Part shown: positions 19,956-28,494 of the stretch, in pieces
Numbering within the stretch: the first letter of the stretch is position 1
How the letters are laid out: the number at the start of each line of letters is the position of its first letter
From: Rhodoluna sp.
Lineage (GTDB): Bacteria; Actinomycetota; Actinomycetes; Actinomycetales; Microbacteriaceae
Length of the DNA: 64,000 nt
Direction: 5' to 3'
Assembly: GCA_021741685.1 (NCBI GenBank)
Contig: JAIOXI010000002.1
Coordinates: forward strand, 604 to 64,603
Translations under genes and position numbers: made by a program
The notes under the pieces: generated by a model
The model's database searches: none
Seen by the model: the letters and a program-made list of their open reading frames with translations, nothing else
What the model was told of the DNA's origin: nothing

Positions 19956-20636
19956 ATGTCTGATTTGGCACAGCGCTACCGCGCTACCGTTGCCGAAATC
20001 AACGAGCAGGCGATTGCCAGCGGAAGAGATGTCGACGAAATTCGGCTAATCGTGGTCAGCAAAAACCATGGCCCCGATCTAGTGCGCGAGTTGTACGACT
20101 TAGGCCAGCGCGACTTCGGTGAGAACCGTGATCAAGAGGCAAAGCCCAAGGCTGAGCAAACCGCTGATCTCGAGGGCGTTAACTGGCATTTCGTGGGTCA
20201 GTTGCAGAGTAATAAGGTCAAGTCTGCTCTCGGCTACAGCCGCTTCATTCACTCGATAGACAGGCCCTCGCTCTTGGTGTCCCTGCAAAAAGAGCTCTCG
20301 AGCCAAACGACTGTGGTTGGTGGCTTTATCCAACTAAACCTCACCGATGACCCAGGGCGCGGGGGAGTTGAGCCGAAAGACCTTCTTTTCTTCGCCGAAT
20401 CGGCCGTTGGCACAGCGAATCTACAGATTCTTGGCGTGATGGGGGTGGCTGCCCTCGATCGAGACCCCAGAGTCGACTTTGAGACTATTCACTCGGCCAG
20501 CCAACAGCTGCAGACCATAATTCCAGAGGCTAGAGCCATATCGGCCGGCATGTCGCACGACTTTCGAGAGGCAATAGATATGGGCGCGACACACCTGCGA
20601 ATTGGCACCTCAATAACGGGTAAACGCAACCTTTAG
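19956..20636 (+). CDS. yggS: PLP homeostasis protein (YggS/PipY/YlmE family)
   Basis: VVSK, FGENR, WHFVGQLQSNKV, SAGMSHD, GATHLRIG. Confidence 0.95.
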   Translation: MSDLAQRYRATVAEINEQAIASGRDVDEIRLIVVSKNHGPDLVRELYDLGQRDFGENRDQEAKPKAEQTADLEGVNWHFVGQLQSNKVKSALGYSRFIHSIDRPSLLVSLQKELSSQTTVVGGFIQLNLTDDPGRGGVEPKDLLFFAESAVGTANLQILGVMGVAALDRDPRVDFETIHSASQQLQTIIPEARAISAGMSHDFREAIDMGATHLRIGTSITGKRNL

Positions 20637-20675
20637 CCATATCCTGAAGGTGAAGGTTTATACAAGGAGGACCAA

Positions 20676-21101
20676 ATGGCTGGACTTATTTCATCGGTTA
20701 GCGGTTGGCTTGGCTTTGGCGACGAAGCCGAAGCCCCAGTTTCGCGACCAGTAGCTGCCACGGCAGAACGCCCGGCATCAAAGATCACCCAGTTGCGCAC
20801 CCGCCGCAGCGCCGAGCAGCCGAGCGAGATTTTCTCGATCGAGCCACACTCATACCTGGCATCTGGCGAAGAAATCGCAAGCTACTACCGAGACGGTGTA
20901 ACCGTTATCGTGAACATGGCTAACCTGAGCGATGCAGAATCGCTACGAATGGTCGACTTTATGTCTGGCCTAAAGCTTGCTCTAATGGGAAACATCAAGC
21001 GAATCACCAAGCACGTTTACCTTCTTACTCCGATTCACGTTGGAATCAACGACCCGGATCCGGCCGAAGAAGTAGTCGACGGGTTTCTAGTTCGCCCCTA
21101 A
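20676..21101 (+). CDS. sepF: Cell division protein SepF
   Basis: N-terminal amphipathic WLGF; VIVNM...RMVDFMSGL...VYLLTP core. Confidence 0.92.
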   Translation: MAGLISSVSGWLGFGDEAEAPVSRPVAATAERPASKITQLRTRRSAEQPSEIFSIEPHSYLASGEEIASYYRDGVTVIVNMANLSDAESLRMVDFMSGLKLALMGNIKRITKHVYLLTPIHVGINDPDPAEEVVDGFLVRP

Positions 21102-21104
21102 GCG

Positions 21105-21392
21105 ATGACAGTTGTAATTGTCGCTCTGCTTTGGGCGCTGCAACTCTATTTTTGGCTGCTAATTGCGCGCTTCGTCATTGACTTTGTGCTGTCTAGCAAT
21201 CCTGCTTGGCGCCCAAAAGGCTTGATTCTCATTGTGGTAGAAATCACCATGACGGCAACCGACCCACCGCTTAAGTTTGTGCGAAGGTTCATCAAGCCAA
21301 TCCGCGTGGGCGCTATCGGCCTCGATTTTGGTTGGACACTGACTCTGTTGTCGGTCACTTTGCTTCAAAACCTGCTCTCGCGCATGCTCTAG
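21105..21392 (+). CDS. YggT/YlmG-family membrane protein
   Basis: WRP, TDPPLKFVRRFIKP, LDF motifs; between sepF and divIVA. Confidence 0.9.
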   Translation: MTVVIVALLWALQLYFWLLIARFVIDFVLSSNPAWRPKGLILIVVEITMTATDPPLKFVRRFIKPIRVGAIGLDFGWTLTLLSVTLLQNLLSRML

Positions 21393-21470
21393 TAGCGCCA
21401 ATGATTCACAGGCAACTCTGGCCTGGACAGGCTGGGGTAATCTTGAAGAGCCCGAACAAGAGAGGTCATC

Positions 21471-22178
21471 ATGCCGCTGACTCCAGAAGACGTCGTCAAT
21501 AAGCGTTTTCAGCCGACTAAATTTCGCGAAGGCTACGACCAAGATGAGGTAGACGACTTTCTCGATGAGATCGTCATCGAACTGCGTCGCCTAAATCTAG
21601 AAAACGAAGACTTGCGTCAGCGCTTGCTCGCCTCAGAGGCACGAATCGCTGAGCTTCAGCGCAGCGGTGCCGGCCTGGCAAATCAACTCACGACAAACGA
21701 GCCGAGTGTTCCAACCTTTGGTTCTTTGACTGCGCTAAGTCAACCCGAAGCAAGTTCGTTTCCGGTTGCTACCGATCCTTCGCAGATTGATGGAAACAGC
21801 ACAAATAATCTTTTGCAATTGGCTCGAAAACTGCACGACGACCATGTTCGCGAGGGAATCAGCAAGCGCGATGCCTTGATAGCCGAGGGGCATGCCACCG
21901 CAGCTCGCGTGATTCGCGAAGCTGAGGCGCAGCAGCGCGTCGAGCTAAGCAAATTCGAACAAGAGCGCGCAATGCTCGAGCACACGATTTTGGAACTCAA
22001 GAGTTTTGAGCGTGAGTATCGCATCAAGATCAAGGCATACATTGAGGCTCAACTTGCAGATCTCGAACACCAGGCGACGAGCGAAAACCCTAACGCGAGC
22101 ACAGAGAACAATCGTTTCGGTTCGAACCAACAGACCTTTCAGATCGGGCAGAATTCAAGCGAACCATTCACTAGCTGA
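21471..22178 (+). CDS. divIVA: Polar growth scaffold DivIVA (Wag31)
   Basis: MPLTPEDVVNKRF...REGYDQDEVDDFLD; C-terminal coiled coil FEREYR. Confidence 0.96.
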   Translation: MPLTPEDVVNKRFQPTKFREGYDQDEVDDFLDEIVIELRRLNLENEDLRQRLLASEARIAELQRSGAGLANQLTTNEPSVPTFGSLTALSQPEASSFPVATDPSQIDGNSTNNLLQLARKLHDDHVREGISKRDALIAEGHATAARVIREAEAQQRVELSKFEQERAMLEHTILELKSFEREYRIKIKAYIEAQLADLEHQATSENPNASTENNRFGSNQQTFQIGQNSSEPFTS

Positions 22179-22696
22179 TGTCGGCATCATCTAGACGCAA
22201 GTCGATTACCGCTTCACTGGCGATTGCGCTAGCCGCACTTCTAGCGCTCACAGATCAGCTAATCAAAAATCTGATTGTCGAAAACTTTAGGCTCTTTGAA
22301 GTTCGGCCGTTTCTGGGCGATGTTGTGAAACTCACTTATGTCTTGAACGATTCGGCGGCGTTTTCGCTTGGCTTCGGTTTTACCGGCATATTCACACTGC
22401 TATCGAGTGCGGCTGCGATTGCGCTGATTTGGTTCATCATTGCAAGATCAAGAAGCGTTGGCTGGTCGATCATGGCGGGTGTGTTATTGGGTGGCGTTCT
22501 TGGCAACCTGACCGATCGCCTACTGCGCAGCCCCGGTGGTGGCCTCGGGAAAGTTGTTGACTACATACAAATTCCATTTAACTTTCCAATCTTCAATTTG
22601 GCCGACATTGCGATTGTGTCGATGGCAATCTTGGCTGCCTTGAGAATCATGCTCGGACATTCGGTTGGCCGACCTAGCAAAGAAGAAAATGTCTGA
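22178..22696 (+). CDS. lspA: Lipoprotein signal peptidase II
   Basis: DQLIK, NDSAAFS, GGVLGNLTDR, VVDYI, IFNLAD. Confidence 0.95.
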   Translation: MSASSRRKSITASLAIALAALLALTDQLIKNLIVENFRLFEVRPFLGDVVKLTYVLNDSAAFSLGFGFTGIFTLLSSAAAIALIWFIIARSRSVGWSIMAGVLLGGVLGNLTDRLLRSPGGGLGKVVDYIQIPFNFPIFNLADIAIVSMAILAALRIMLGHSVGRPSKEENV

Positions 22697-23615
22697 GCCA
22701 CGTCTGCTGCCGGTTCCTGAGTCTCTCGAGGGCGAGAGAGTAGATGCCGCACTTGCCAAGATGCTTGGCCTATCTAGATCTGCTGCTGCAGATTTGATTA
22801 GCGCCGGCTCGGTCACTCTTGATAACCAGACTGTTCTGAAGTCGCACAGAGTTTCGACTGATCAAATGCTCGAGGTAACGCTTGCTGAAAAGCGCGATGC
22901 CCTCGAGGTTGTCGCAGTCGATGTCGATGATTTGCGCATCGTCTATGAAGACACTGACCTGGTAGTGATTGATAAGCCTGCGGGTGTAGCCGCGCATCCT
23001 TCTGTTGGCTGGACTGGGCCGACCGTGGTCGGCGCACTCTTGGCAAAGGGTGTTCGCATCTCGACTTCTGGGGCTGCTGAACGCCAGGGAATCGTGCAGC
23101 GACTCGATGTCGGCACCAGCGGGCTCATGATGGTCGCAAAAACCGAGGTTGCATACTCGAGACTGAAGCAGGCATTTCGAGACCGTGCAGTGCACAAGGT
23201 CTACCACGCCGTGATTCAGGGACATCCAGACCCATTCGAAGGCACAATCGATGCTCCGATCGGTCGACACCCAAAAGCCGAATTTAAATTTGCCGTCATG
23301 AACGAGGGTAAGCCTTCCGTGACCCACTACAAGTTGCTCGAAGCCTTTGCCTCGGCTTCACTTATCGAGGTAATTCTGGAAACCGGGCGCACGCACCAAA
23401 TCCGAGTTCATTTCAGCGCTTTCAAGCACCCGCTGCTCGGTGACACCATGTATGGCGCTGACCCGACGTTGGCCAGTCGAATGAACCTCGAGCGCCAGTG
23501 GTTGCATGCTGTGCGGTTGAGTTTTATGCATCCGACCAGCGGTGAGCAGGTTAGTTTCGAGAGCCCGCACAGCGAGGAATTACAGCAAGCGCTTGAGCTC
23601 TTGAAAAGCAATTAG
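22689..23615 (+). CDS. rluD: RluA/RluD-family 23S rRNA pseudouridine synthase
   Basis: S4-like N-terminus, DKPAG, QRLDVGTSG, ETGRTHQIRVH. Confidence 0.92.
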   Translation: MSEPRLLPVPESLEGERVDAALAKMLGLSRSAAADLISAGSVTLDNQTVLKSHRVSTDQMLEVTLAEKRDALEVVAVDVDDLRIVYEDTDLVVIDKPAGVAAHPSVGWTGPTVVGALLAKGVRISTSGAAERQGIVQRLDVGTSGLMMVAKTEVAYSRLKQAFRDRAVHKVYHAVIQGHPDPFEGTIDAPIGRHPKAEFKFAVMNEGKPSVTHYKLLEAFASASLIEVILETGRTHQIRVHFSAFKHPLLGDTMYGADPTLASRMNLERQWLHAVRLSFMHPTSGEQVSFESPHSEELQQALELLKSN

Positions 23616-23666
23616 GGTTTAGTCTGGCAACTCGCATATTCATGCAATCAAGAACGGTAGGGGAGA

Positions 23667-26600
23667 ATGAGCAAATGTGACTCATTTGTGCACCTGCATG
23701 TTCACACCGACTACTCCATGCTCGATGGCGCTGCCAAAATCAAGCAGCTCATAAAAGAGGTAGCCGCCCAAGAGATGCCTGCGGTCGCAATGACCGACCA
23801 TGGAAACATGCATGGAGCCTACGAGTTTTACACCGCAGCCAACGAGGCCGGAATCAAACCAATCATCGGGCTAGAGGCTTATGTCACTCCCGGCACGCAC
23901 AGATCTGACCGCACACCGGTTCGCTGGAATGACGGTGGCGAAGACGATATTTCGGGCAATGGTGCCTATACCCACATGACTTTGCTGAGTGAGACCACCG
24001 AGGGCATGCACAACCTTTTCAAAATGTCTTCGCTCTCTTGGCTCGAGGGTATCTATTACAAACCGAGAATCGATCGCGAGCTGCTCAACACCTACTCGAA
24101 GGGTTTGATTGCGACCTCCGGATGTGTATCGGGTGAAATACAAACTCGGCTTCGAATCGGCCAGTATGACGAAGCCAAGCGCGTTGCCGGGGAGATGCAA
24201 GAGATTTTTGGCAAGGGAAACTATTTCATCGAACTGATGGAGCACGGCATTGGCATCGAGCGCAGATCCACCGCGCAGTTGCTTCAGATTGCCAGCGAGC
24301 TCTCGATTCCACTTTTGGCTTCGAACGACCTGCACTACACCCATGCGACCGATGCAGAAGCGCAAGAGGCGCTGCTTTGCTTGCAAACGGCGACCACCCT
24401 TAACGATGCCAAACGGTTCAAGCTCGACTCTCAAGAGTTTTTTGTGAAGTCGGCTGCCGAAATGCGCAGACTCTTCGCCGATCATCCCGAAGCTTGCGAC
24501 AACACCCTGCTGATCGCGGAACGTTCTGAAGTCACCTTCGAAAAGCGAGAGCTGATGCCAGCTTTTCCTGTTCCGAAAGGTGAAACCGAGGCAAGTTGGT
24601 TTGCCAAGGAGGTTCAGATTGGGCTGGCCAAGCGTTTCGCCGGAAAGATTCCTAAGACTCACCAAGACCAGGCCGAGTTTGAGATCGAAGTTATTGTTCG
24701 AATGGGTTTTCCTGGTTACTTCCTTGTCGTGGCTGACTTCATCGCCTGGGCTCGGAACAATGGCGTTCGAGTTGGCCCCGGTGGTGGATCTGCAGCTGGG
24801 TCGATAGTCGCCTGGGCGATGGGAATCACGGATCTTGACCCAATTGAGCACGGATTGATTTTTGAGCGCTTCTTGAACCCGGAACGTGTTTCTCTGCCAG
24901 ATATCGATATCGACTTCGATGATCGTGGCCGTGGTGAAGTCATTAGATATGTGACCGCAAAATATGGCTCTGACCGGGTTGCGCAAATCGTGACCTTCAA
25001 CACAATCAAGGCGAAACAAGCTCTCAAGGATGCCGCAAGGGTGCTGGCCATGCCGTACGCAGTTGGCGAGAAACTAACCAAAGCGCTGCCAAAGATGGTG
25101 CTCGGCCGAGACGTTTCGCTCAGCGAAGTTGTCGAAACACACATCGACGGAAAGAAGAACGACCGTTTCAAAGAAGCTGCCGAATTCAGAGAGCTTATTG
25201 AAAGCGATGAGAGCTCGGCAAAGGTCTTTGACCTGGCTCGCGGCCTAGAAGGTTTGAAACGCGGCTGGTCGGTTCACGCTGCCGGTGTGATCATGTCTGC
25301 GGTTCCGCTGGTTGAAGTTATGCCAATGATGAAACGCGAAGACGACGGCGTAATCATCACGCAGTTTGATCAGCCATCGAGCGAGGCTCTTGGTCTGCTA
25401 AAGATGGACTTCTTGGGTTTGCGCAACCTAACTGTTCTCGACGACACCCTTGCCAATATCAAGAGCAACCGCGGCGAGACCGTGGTTCTAGAGCAGCTCG
25501 ACTTGAATGCAGACCAGGCGACTTACGACTTGTTGTCGCGAGGTGACACCCAGGGTGTGTTCCAGCTCGATGGTGGACCGATGCGCAGTCTGCTGCGACT
25601 TATGAAACCTTCAAAGTTTGAACACATCTCAGCGGCGATCGCGTTGTATCGACCGGGCCCAATGGGTATGGAGTCGCACACGAAATATGCACTTCGAAAG
25701 AACGACTTGCAAGAATCGGAATCGATTCATCCCGAACTCGAAGAAGCGCTCTCTGAAATTCTTGACCCGACCTATGGCCTGATTGTTTACCAAGAGCAGG
25801 TAATGTCGGCGGCCCAAAAGGCTGCGGGGTTCAGTCTCGGAAAAGCAGACAACCTGCGCCGCGCAATGGGTAAAAAGAAAAAAGATGAACTCGATCTGAT
25901 GTACGACGAGTTTCAGAGCGGCATGAAAGACAACGGTTACTCCGATGCGGCCGTGAAAGCGCTCTGGGATACCCTGCTTCCGTTCGCCGACTATGCGTTC
26001 AACCGCGCCCACAGCGCAGCCTACGGAGTCATCTCCTATTGGACCGCATACCTGAAGGCAAACTACACGGCCGAGTTCATGGCGGCGCTGCTGACCAGCG
26101 TTGGCGGCTCTAAAGACAAGCTCAGCGTCTACCTCTCGGAGTGCAGAAAACTGGGCATTAAGGTTTTGCCTCCCGATGTAAATGAGTCGCTTGGCGCATT
26201 CGCGGCAATCGGTGGTGACATTCGCTTCGGTCTCGGCGCAATTAGAAACGTCGGTCACAACGTTGTCGAGGCGATTGTCGAAACCAGAAAGTCAAAGTCG
26301 CCTTATAAAAACTTCAACGACTTTCTGAAGAAAGTTCCACTGGTGGTTTGCAACAAGAAGACAATCGACTCACTGATTAAGGCCGGCAGCTTCGATTCGC
26401 TTTTGCACACTCGTAGGTCGCTTGTTGAAATTCACGAGCTAGCTGTCGACTCGCAGGCACTAACCAAGCGCAAAGAAGCGCAGGGTCAGATGGATCTCTT
26501 CTCGGGAATGTTCGAAGACGAGAATGAAATGGGTGTGAAGATTCCCGATCGCCCAGAGTGGCAGAAGCGCGAGAAGTTGGCATACGAGCGCGACATGCTT

Positions 26601-27323
26601 GGGCTGTATGTCAGTGACCATCCGCTCGCCGGTCGCGAGTCGCAAATCGCAAGGTTTAGCGAGATCTCACTTGCCGAACTGCAAGAGAATGAGCGGTTGC
26701 AAGATGGGCAGGTGCTCACGATTGCGGGTTTGGTTACCGCGATTGAACATAAGGTTGCTCGCAACACTGGCAACCCCTACGCGATTCTCAGCGTCGAAGA
26801 TCTCGATGGCGAAGTCACCGTGATGCTGATGGGAAAGACTTACATCGAATTTGGTCGAATTTTGAACAGCGATCAATTCGTGATGATTCGAGGACGAATT
26901 AGTCAGCGCGATGATACCAAAAATATCAATGCGCAGAGGATAGACATTATCGAAGCAGCGGCAGATGGATCATCGGAACACGTGGTGCTGAACATCCGTG
27001 AAGAGCAGGCGACAAAAGGGAATCTCGAAGACCTCGACCGCACGCTTCGTGCATACCCTGGCGCAAGCGAAGTGTTTGTTAACATGGTGGCCGGTCGCGC
27101 CGTGGTCAATCGCTTTAAACTTCAACCCACTGTGAACTTCAACATCGCTCTGATCTCAGAACTGAAAGCCATTTTCGGTTCGAAGGTGTTTATCGGTGGT
27201 GAAGACCTAGTCGACCTCGACAGCAGTCTTGTAAGCCCGCTGATGGTAGACCAGGGGTTTCCTTTCGGCTCCGATCAGGCCTTCCTCAATTTCGACGATA
27301 ACGACAGCGTTCGCTTCGACTGA
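23667..27323 (+). CDS. dnaE: DNA polymerase III alpha subunit (DnaE1 type)
   Basis: PHP domain HLHVHTDYS/TDHG/SNDLHY, PDIDIDF catalytic motif, KMDFLGL, YAFNRAHS, internal clamp motif QMDLF, OB fold. Confidence 0.98.
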   Translation: MSKCDSFVHLHVHTDYSMLDGAAKIKQLIKEVAAQEMPAVAMTDHGNMHGAYEFYTAANEAGIKPIIGLEAYVTPGTHRSDRTPVRWNDGGEDDISGNGAYTHMTLLSETTEGMHNLFKMSSLSWLEGIYYKPRIDRELLNTYSKGLIATSGCVSGEIQTRLRIGQYDEAKRVAGEMQEIFGKGNYFIELMEHGIGIERRSTAQLLQIASELSIPLLASNDLHYTHATDAEAQEALLCLQTATTLNDAKRFKLDSQEFFVKSAAEMRRLFADHPEACDNTLLIAERSEVTFEKRELMPAFPVPKGETEASWFAKEVQIGLAKRFAGKIPKTHQDQAEFEIEVIVRMGFPGYFLVVADFIAWARNNGVRVGPGGGSAAGSIVAWAMGITDLDPIEHGLIFERFLNPERVSLPDIDIDFDDRGRGEVIRYVTAKYGSDRVAQIVTFNTIKAKQALKDAARVLAMPYAVGEKLTKALPKMVLGRDVSLSEVVETHIDGKKNDRFKEAAEFRELIESDESSAKVFDLARGLEGLKRGWSVHAAGVIMSAVPLVEVMPMMKREDDGVIITQFDQPSSEALGLLKMDFLGLRNLTVLDDTLANIKSNRGETVVLEQLDLNADQATYDLLSRGDTQGVFQLDGGPMRSLLRLMKPSKFEHISAAIALYRPGPMGMESHTKYALRKNDLQESESIHPELEEALSEILDPTYGLIVYQEQVMSAAQKAAGFSLGKADNLRRAMGKKKKDELDLMYDEFQSGMKDNGYSDAAVKALWDTLLPFADYAFNRAHSAAYGVISYWTAYLKANYTAEFMAALLTSVGGSKDKLSVYLSECRKLGIKVLPPDVNESLGAFAAIGGDIRFGLGAIRNVGHNVVEAIVETRKSKSPYKNFNDFLKKVPLVVCNKKTIDSLIKAGSFDSLLHTRRSLVEIHELAVDSQALTKRKEAQGQMDLFSGMFEDENEMGVKIPDRPEWQKREKLAYERDMLGLYVSDHPLAGRESQIARFSEISLAELQENERLQDGQVLTIAGLVTAIEHKVARNTGNPYAILSVEDLDGEVTVMLMGKTYIEFGRILNSDQFVMIRGRISQRDDTKNINAQRIDIIEAAADGSSEHVVLNIREEQATKGNLEDLDRTLRAYPGASEVFVNMVAGRAVVNRFKLQPTVNFNIALISELKAIFGSKVFIGGEDLVDLDSSLVSPLMVDQGFPFGSDQAFLNFDDNDSVRFD

Positions 27324-27707
27324 GTGAATTTCGCGAATCTTCGCAATCAGCACACCGGTAGCCTCACGAAAAATTGGCAAGTCCCGTGGGCCGCTATCCC
27401 AGTCATCGTCTAGAAAACGCAGTTCGTGTGCGGCGGCCATTTTCTTTGCAAGCTCCGTGTTCTCGATGCCGAGGGAGTGGATTGCAACGTATTTTGCCGC
27501 GCAGAGCGGCGCCCAGGTGCTAGAGCCGCTTGCCACGTTGAAGCTGGCCAGAGGGGGATTAGAACCCAGCGATGTCATTGAGGTGGCGGTGAACCCAACC
27601 GGCTTGCCCTGTACGTCGGTCATGGTGATGACCGAAACACCCGACGCGTGGCGCCTAAAAACAGCCTTTAGCGCCTCTACCGGCTCGTTTTCAATGGAAA
27701 AATTCAT
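27207..27707 (-). CDS. Flavin reductase-like FMN-binding protein
   Basis: FRRHASGVSVIT, GFTATSMTSL..NPPL, C-terminal PLVYHQRAY. Confidence 0.9.
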   Translation of the reverse strand: MNFSIENEPVEALKAVFRRHASGVSVITMTDVQGKPVGFTATSMTSLGSNPPLASFNVASGSSTWAPLCAAKYVAIHSLGIENTELAKKMAAAHELRFLDDDWDSGPRDLPIFREATGVLIAKIREIHSVEANAVVIVEIEEGLIGAERKPLVYHQRAYKTAVEVD

Positions 27708-27852
27708 GTTTGCACCTCGGGTTAGATAACAAGGCTATCGTGGAGCAGTTCGCTTTTTTGCGGATGCGGTGCCGCAAGAATTCGCAACCATTCCGGCTTC
27801 AAAAGGCGCGACACGCCGAAGATCAGGTTAATTTGCATCTGGAGACCAAAAA

Positions 27853-27899
27853 CCACAAGATATAGGGGTTGGCTTGCAGAAAAGTTCCACATCTTGTGG
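27853..27899. promoter_or_regulatory. Tandem NrdR boxes
   Basis: CCACAAGATATAGGGG (27853-27868) and GTTCCACATCTTGTGG (27884-27899) fit acaCwAtATaTwGtgt and start 31 bp apart, upstream of nrdR-nrdJ. Confidence 0.82.
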
Positions 27900-27926
27900 G
27901 GATAACTCCCCAAAATCTGTGGATAA
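27897..27926 (-). promoter_or_regulatory. Two DnaA boxes in the nrdR-nrdJ upstream region
   Basis: TGTGGATAA (27918-27926, reverse complement TTATCCACA, perfect) and TGGGGATAA (27897-27905, one mismatch). Confidence 0.65.
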
Positions 27927-27972
27927 CTGGCAAAAATCGTGATAAATCAAGCAATTTGAAAGGGGTCGGCTA

Positions 27973-28461
27973 ATGCATTGTCCATTCTGTCGTTACCCAG
28001 ACTCACGCGTGATTGATTCCCGAAGTTCTGACGATGGCGCATCAATTCGTCGTCGTCGCGAATGCCCAGAGTGCAACCAGCGATTCAGCACAGCAGAGAC
28101 CGCAAGTCTCATGGTGTTGAAGAGAAGTGGCGTGTTGGAGCAATTCAGCCGCGAAAAGATCGTAAACGGTGTTCGCAAAGCCTGTCAGGGCAGACCAGTC
28201 ACCGATGCCGATTTGGCAGTTCTAGCGCAGACGGTTGAAGAAACCATTCGCGCTGCGGGAGCTGCTCAAATCAATGCCCACGAGGTAGGCCTGGCGATTT
28301 TAGAACCGCTTCGACAACTAGATGAAGTTGCCTTCATGAGATTTGCGAGTGTTTACCAAGGATGGGAAACGCTCGAAGACTTCGAGGCCGCAATTAGTTT
28401 GCTGAAAATCGAAAGAGAAACAGACAAGCTAGCTGGCATCGACTTAGAACCACAGATTTAA
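27973..28461 (+). CDS. nrdR: Ribonucleotide reductase repressor NrdR
   Basis: MHCPFC...[10 protein letters not shown] zinc ribbon, ATP cone, RFASVY. Confidence 0.98.
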   Translation: MHCPFCRYPDSRVIDSRSSDDGASIRRRRECPECNQRFSTAETASLMVLKRSGVLEQFSREKIVNGVRKACQGRPVTDADLAVLAQTVEETIRAAGAAQINAHEVGLAILEPLRQLDEVAFMRFASVYQGWETLEDFEAAISLLKIERETDKLAGIDLEPQI

Positions 28462-28494
28462 AAAACTAAAAACATTAACAAGAAAGGCAAAGCA

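Noticed and set aside
23871-25019. 382-aa ORF antisense to dnaE (similarly 17053-18006, 8431-9105, 25629-26258, 35986-36636)
   Set aside because: No recognisable motifs; long antisense frames are expected from codon bias opposite conserved genes.
27853-27926. DnaA boxes as evidence of oriC
   Set aside because: Only two boxes, no dnaA/dnaN nearby, and dif lies about 19 kb away; better explained as nrd regulation.
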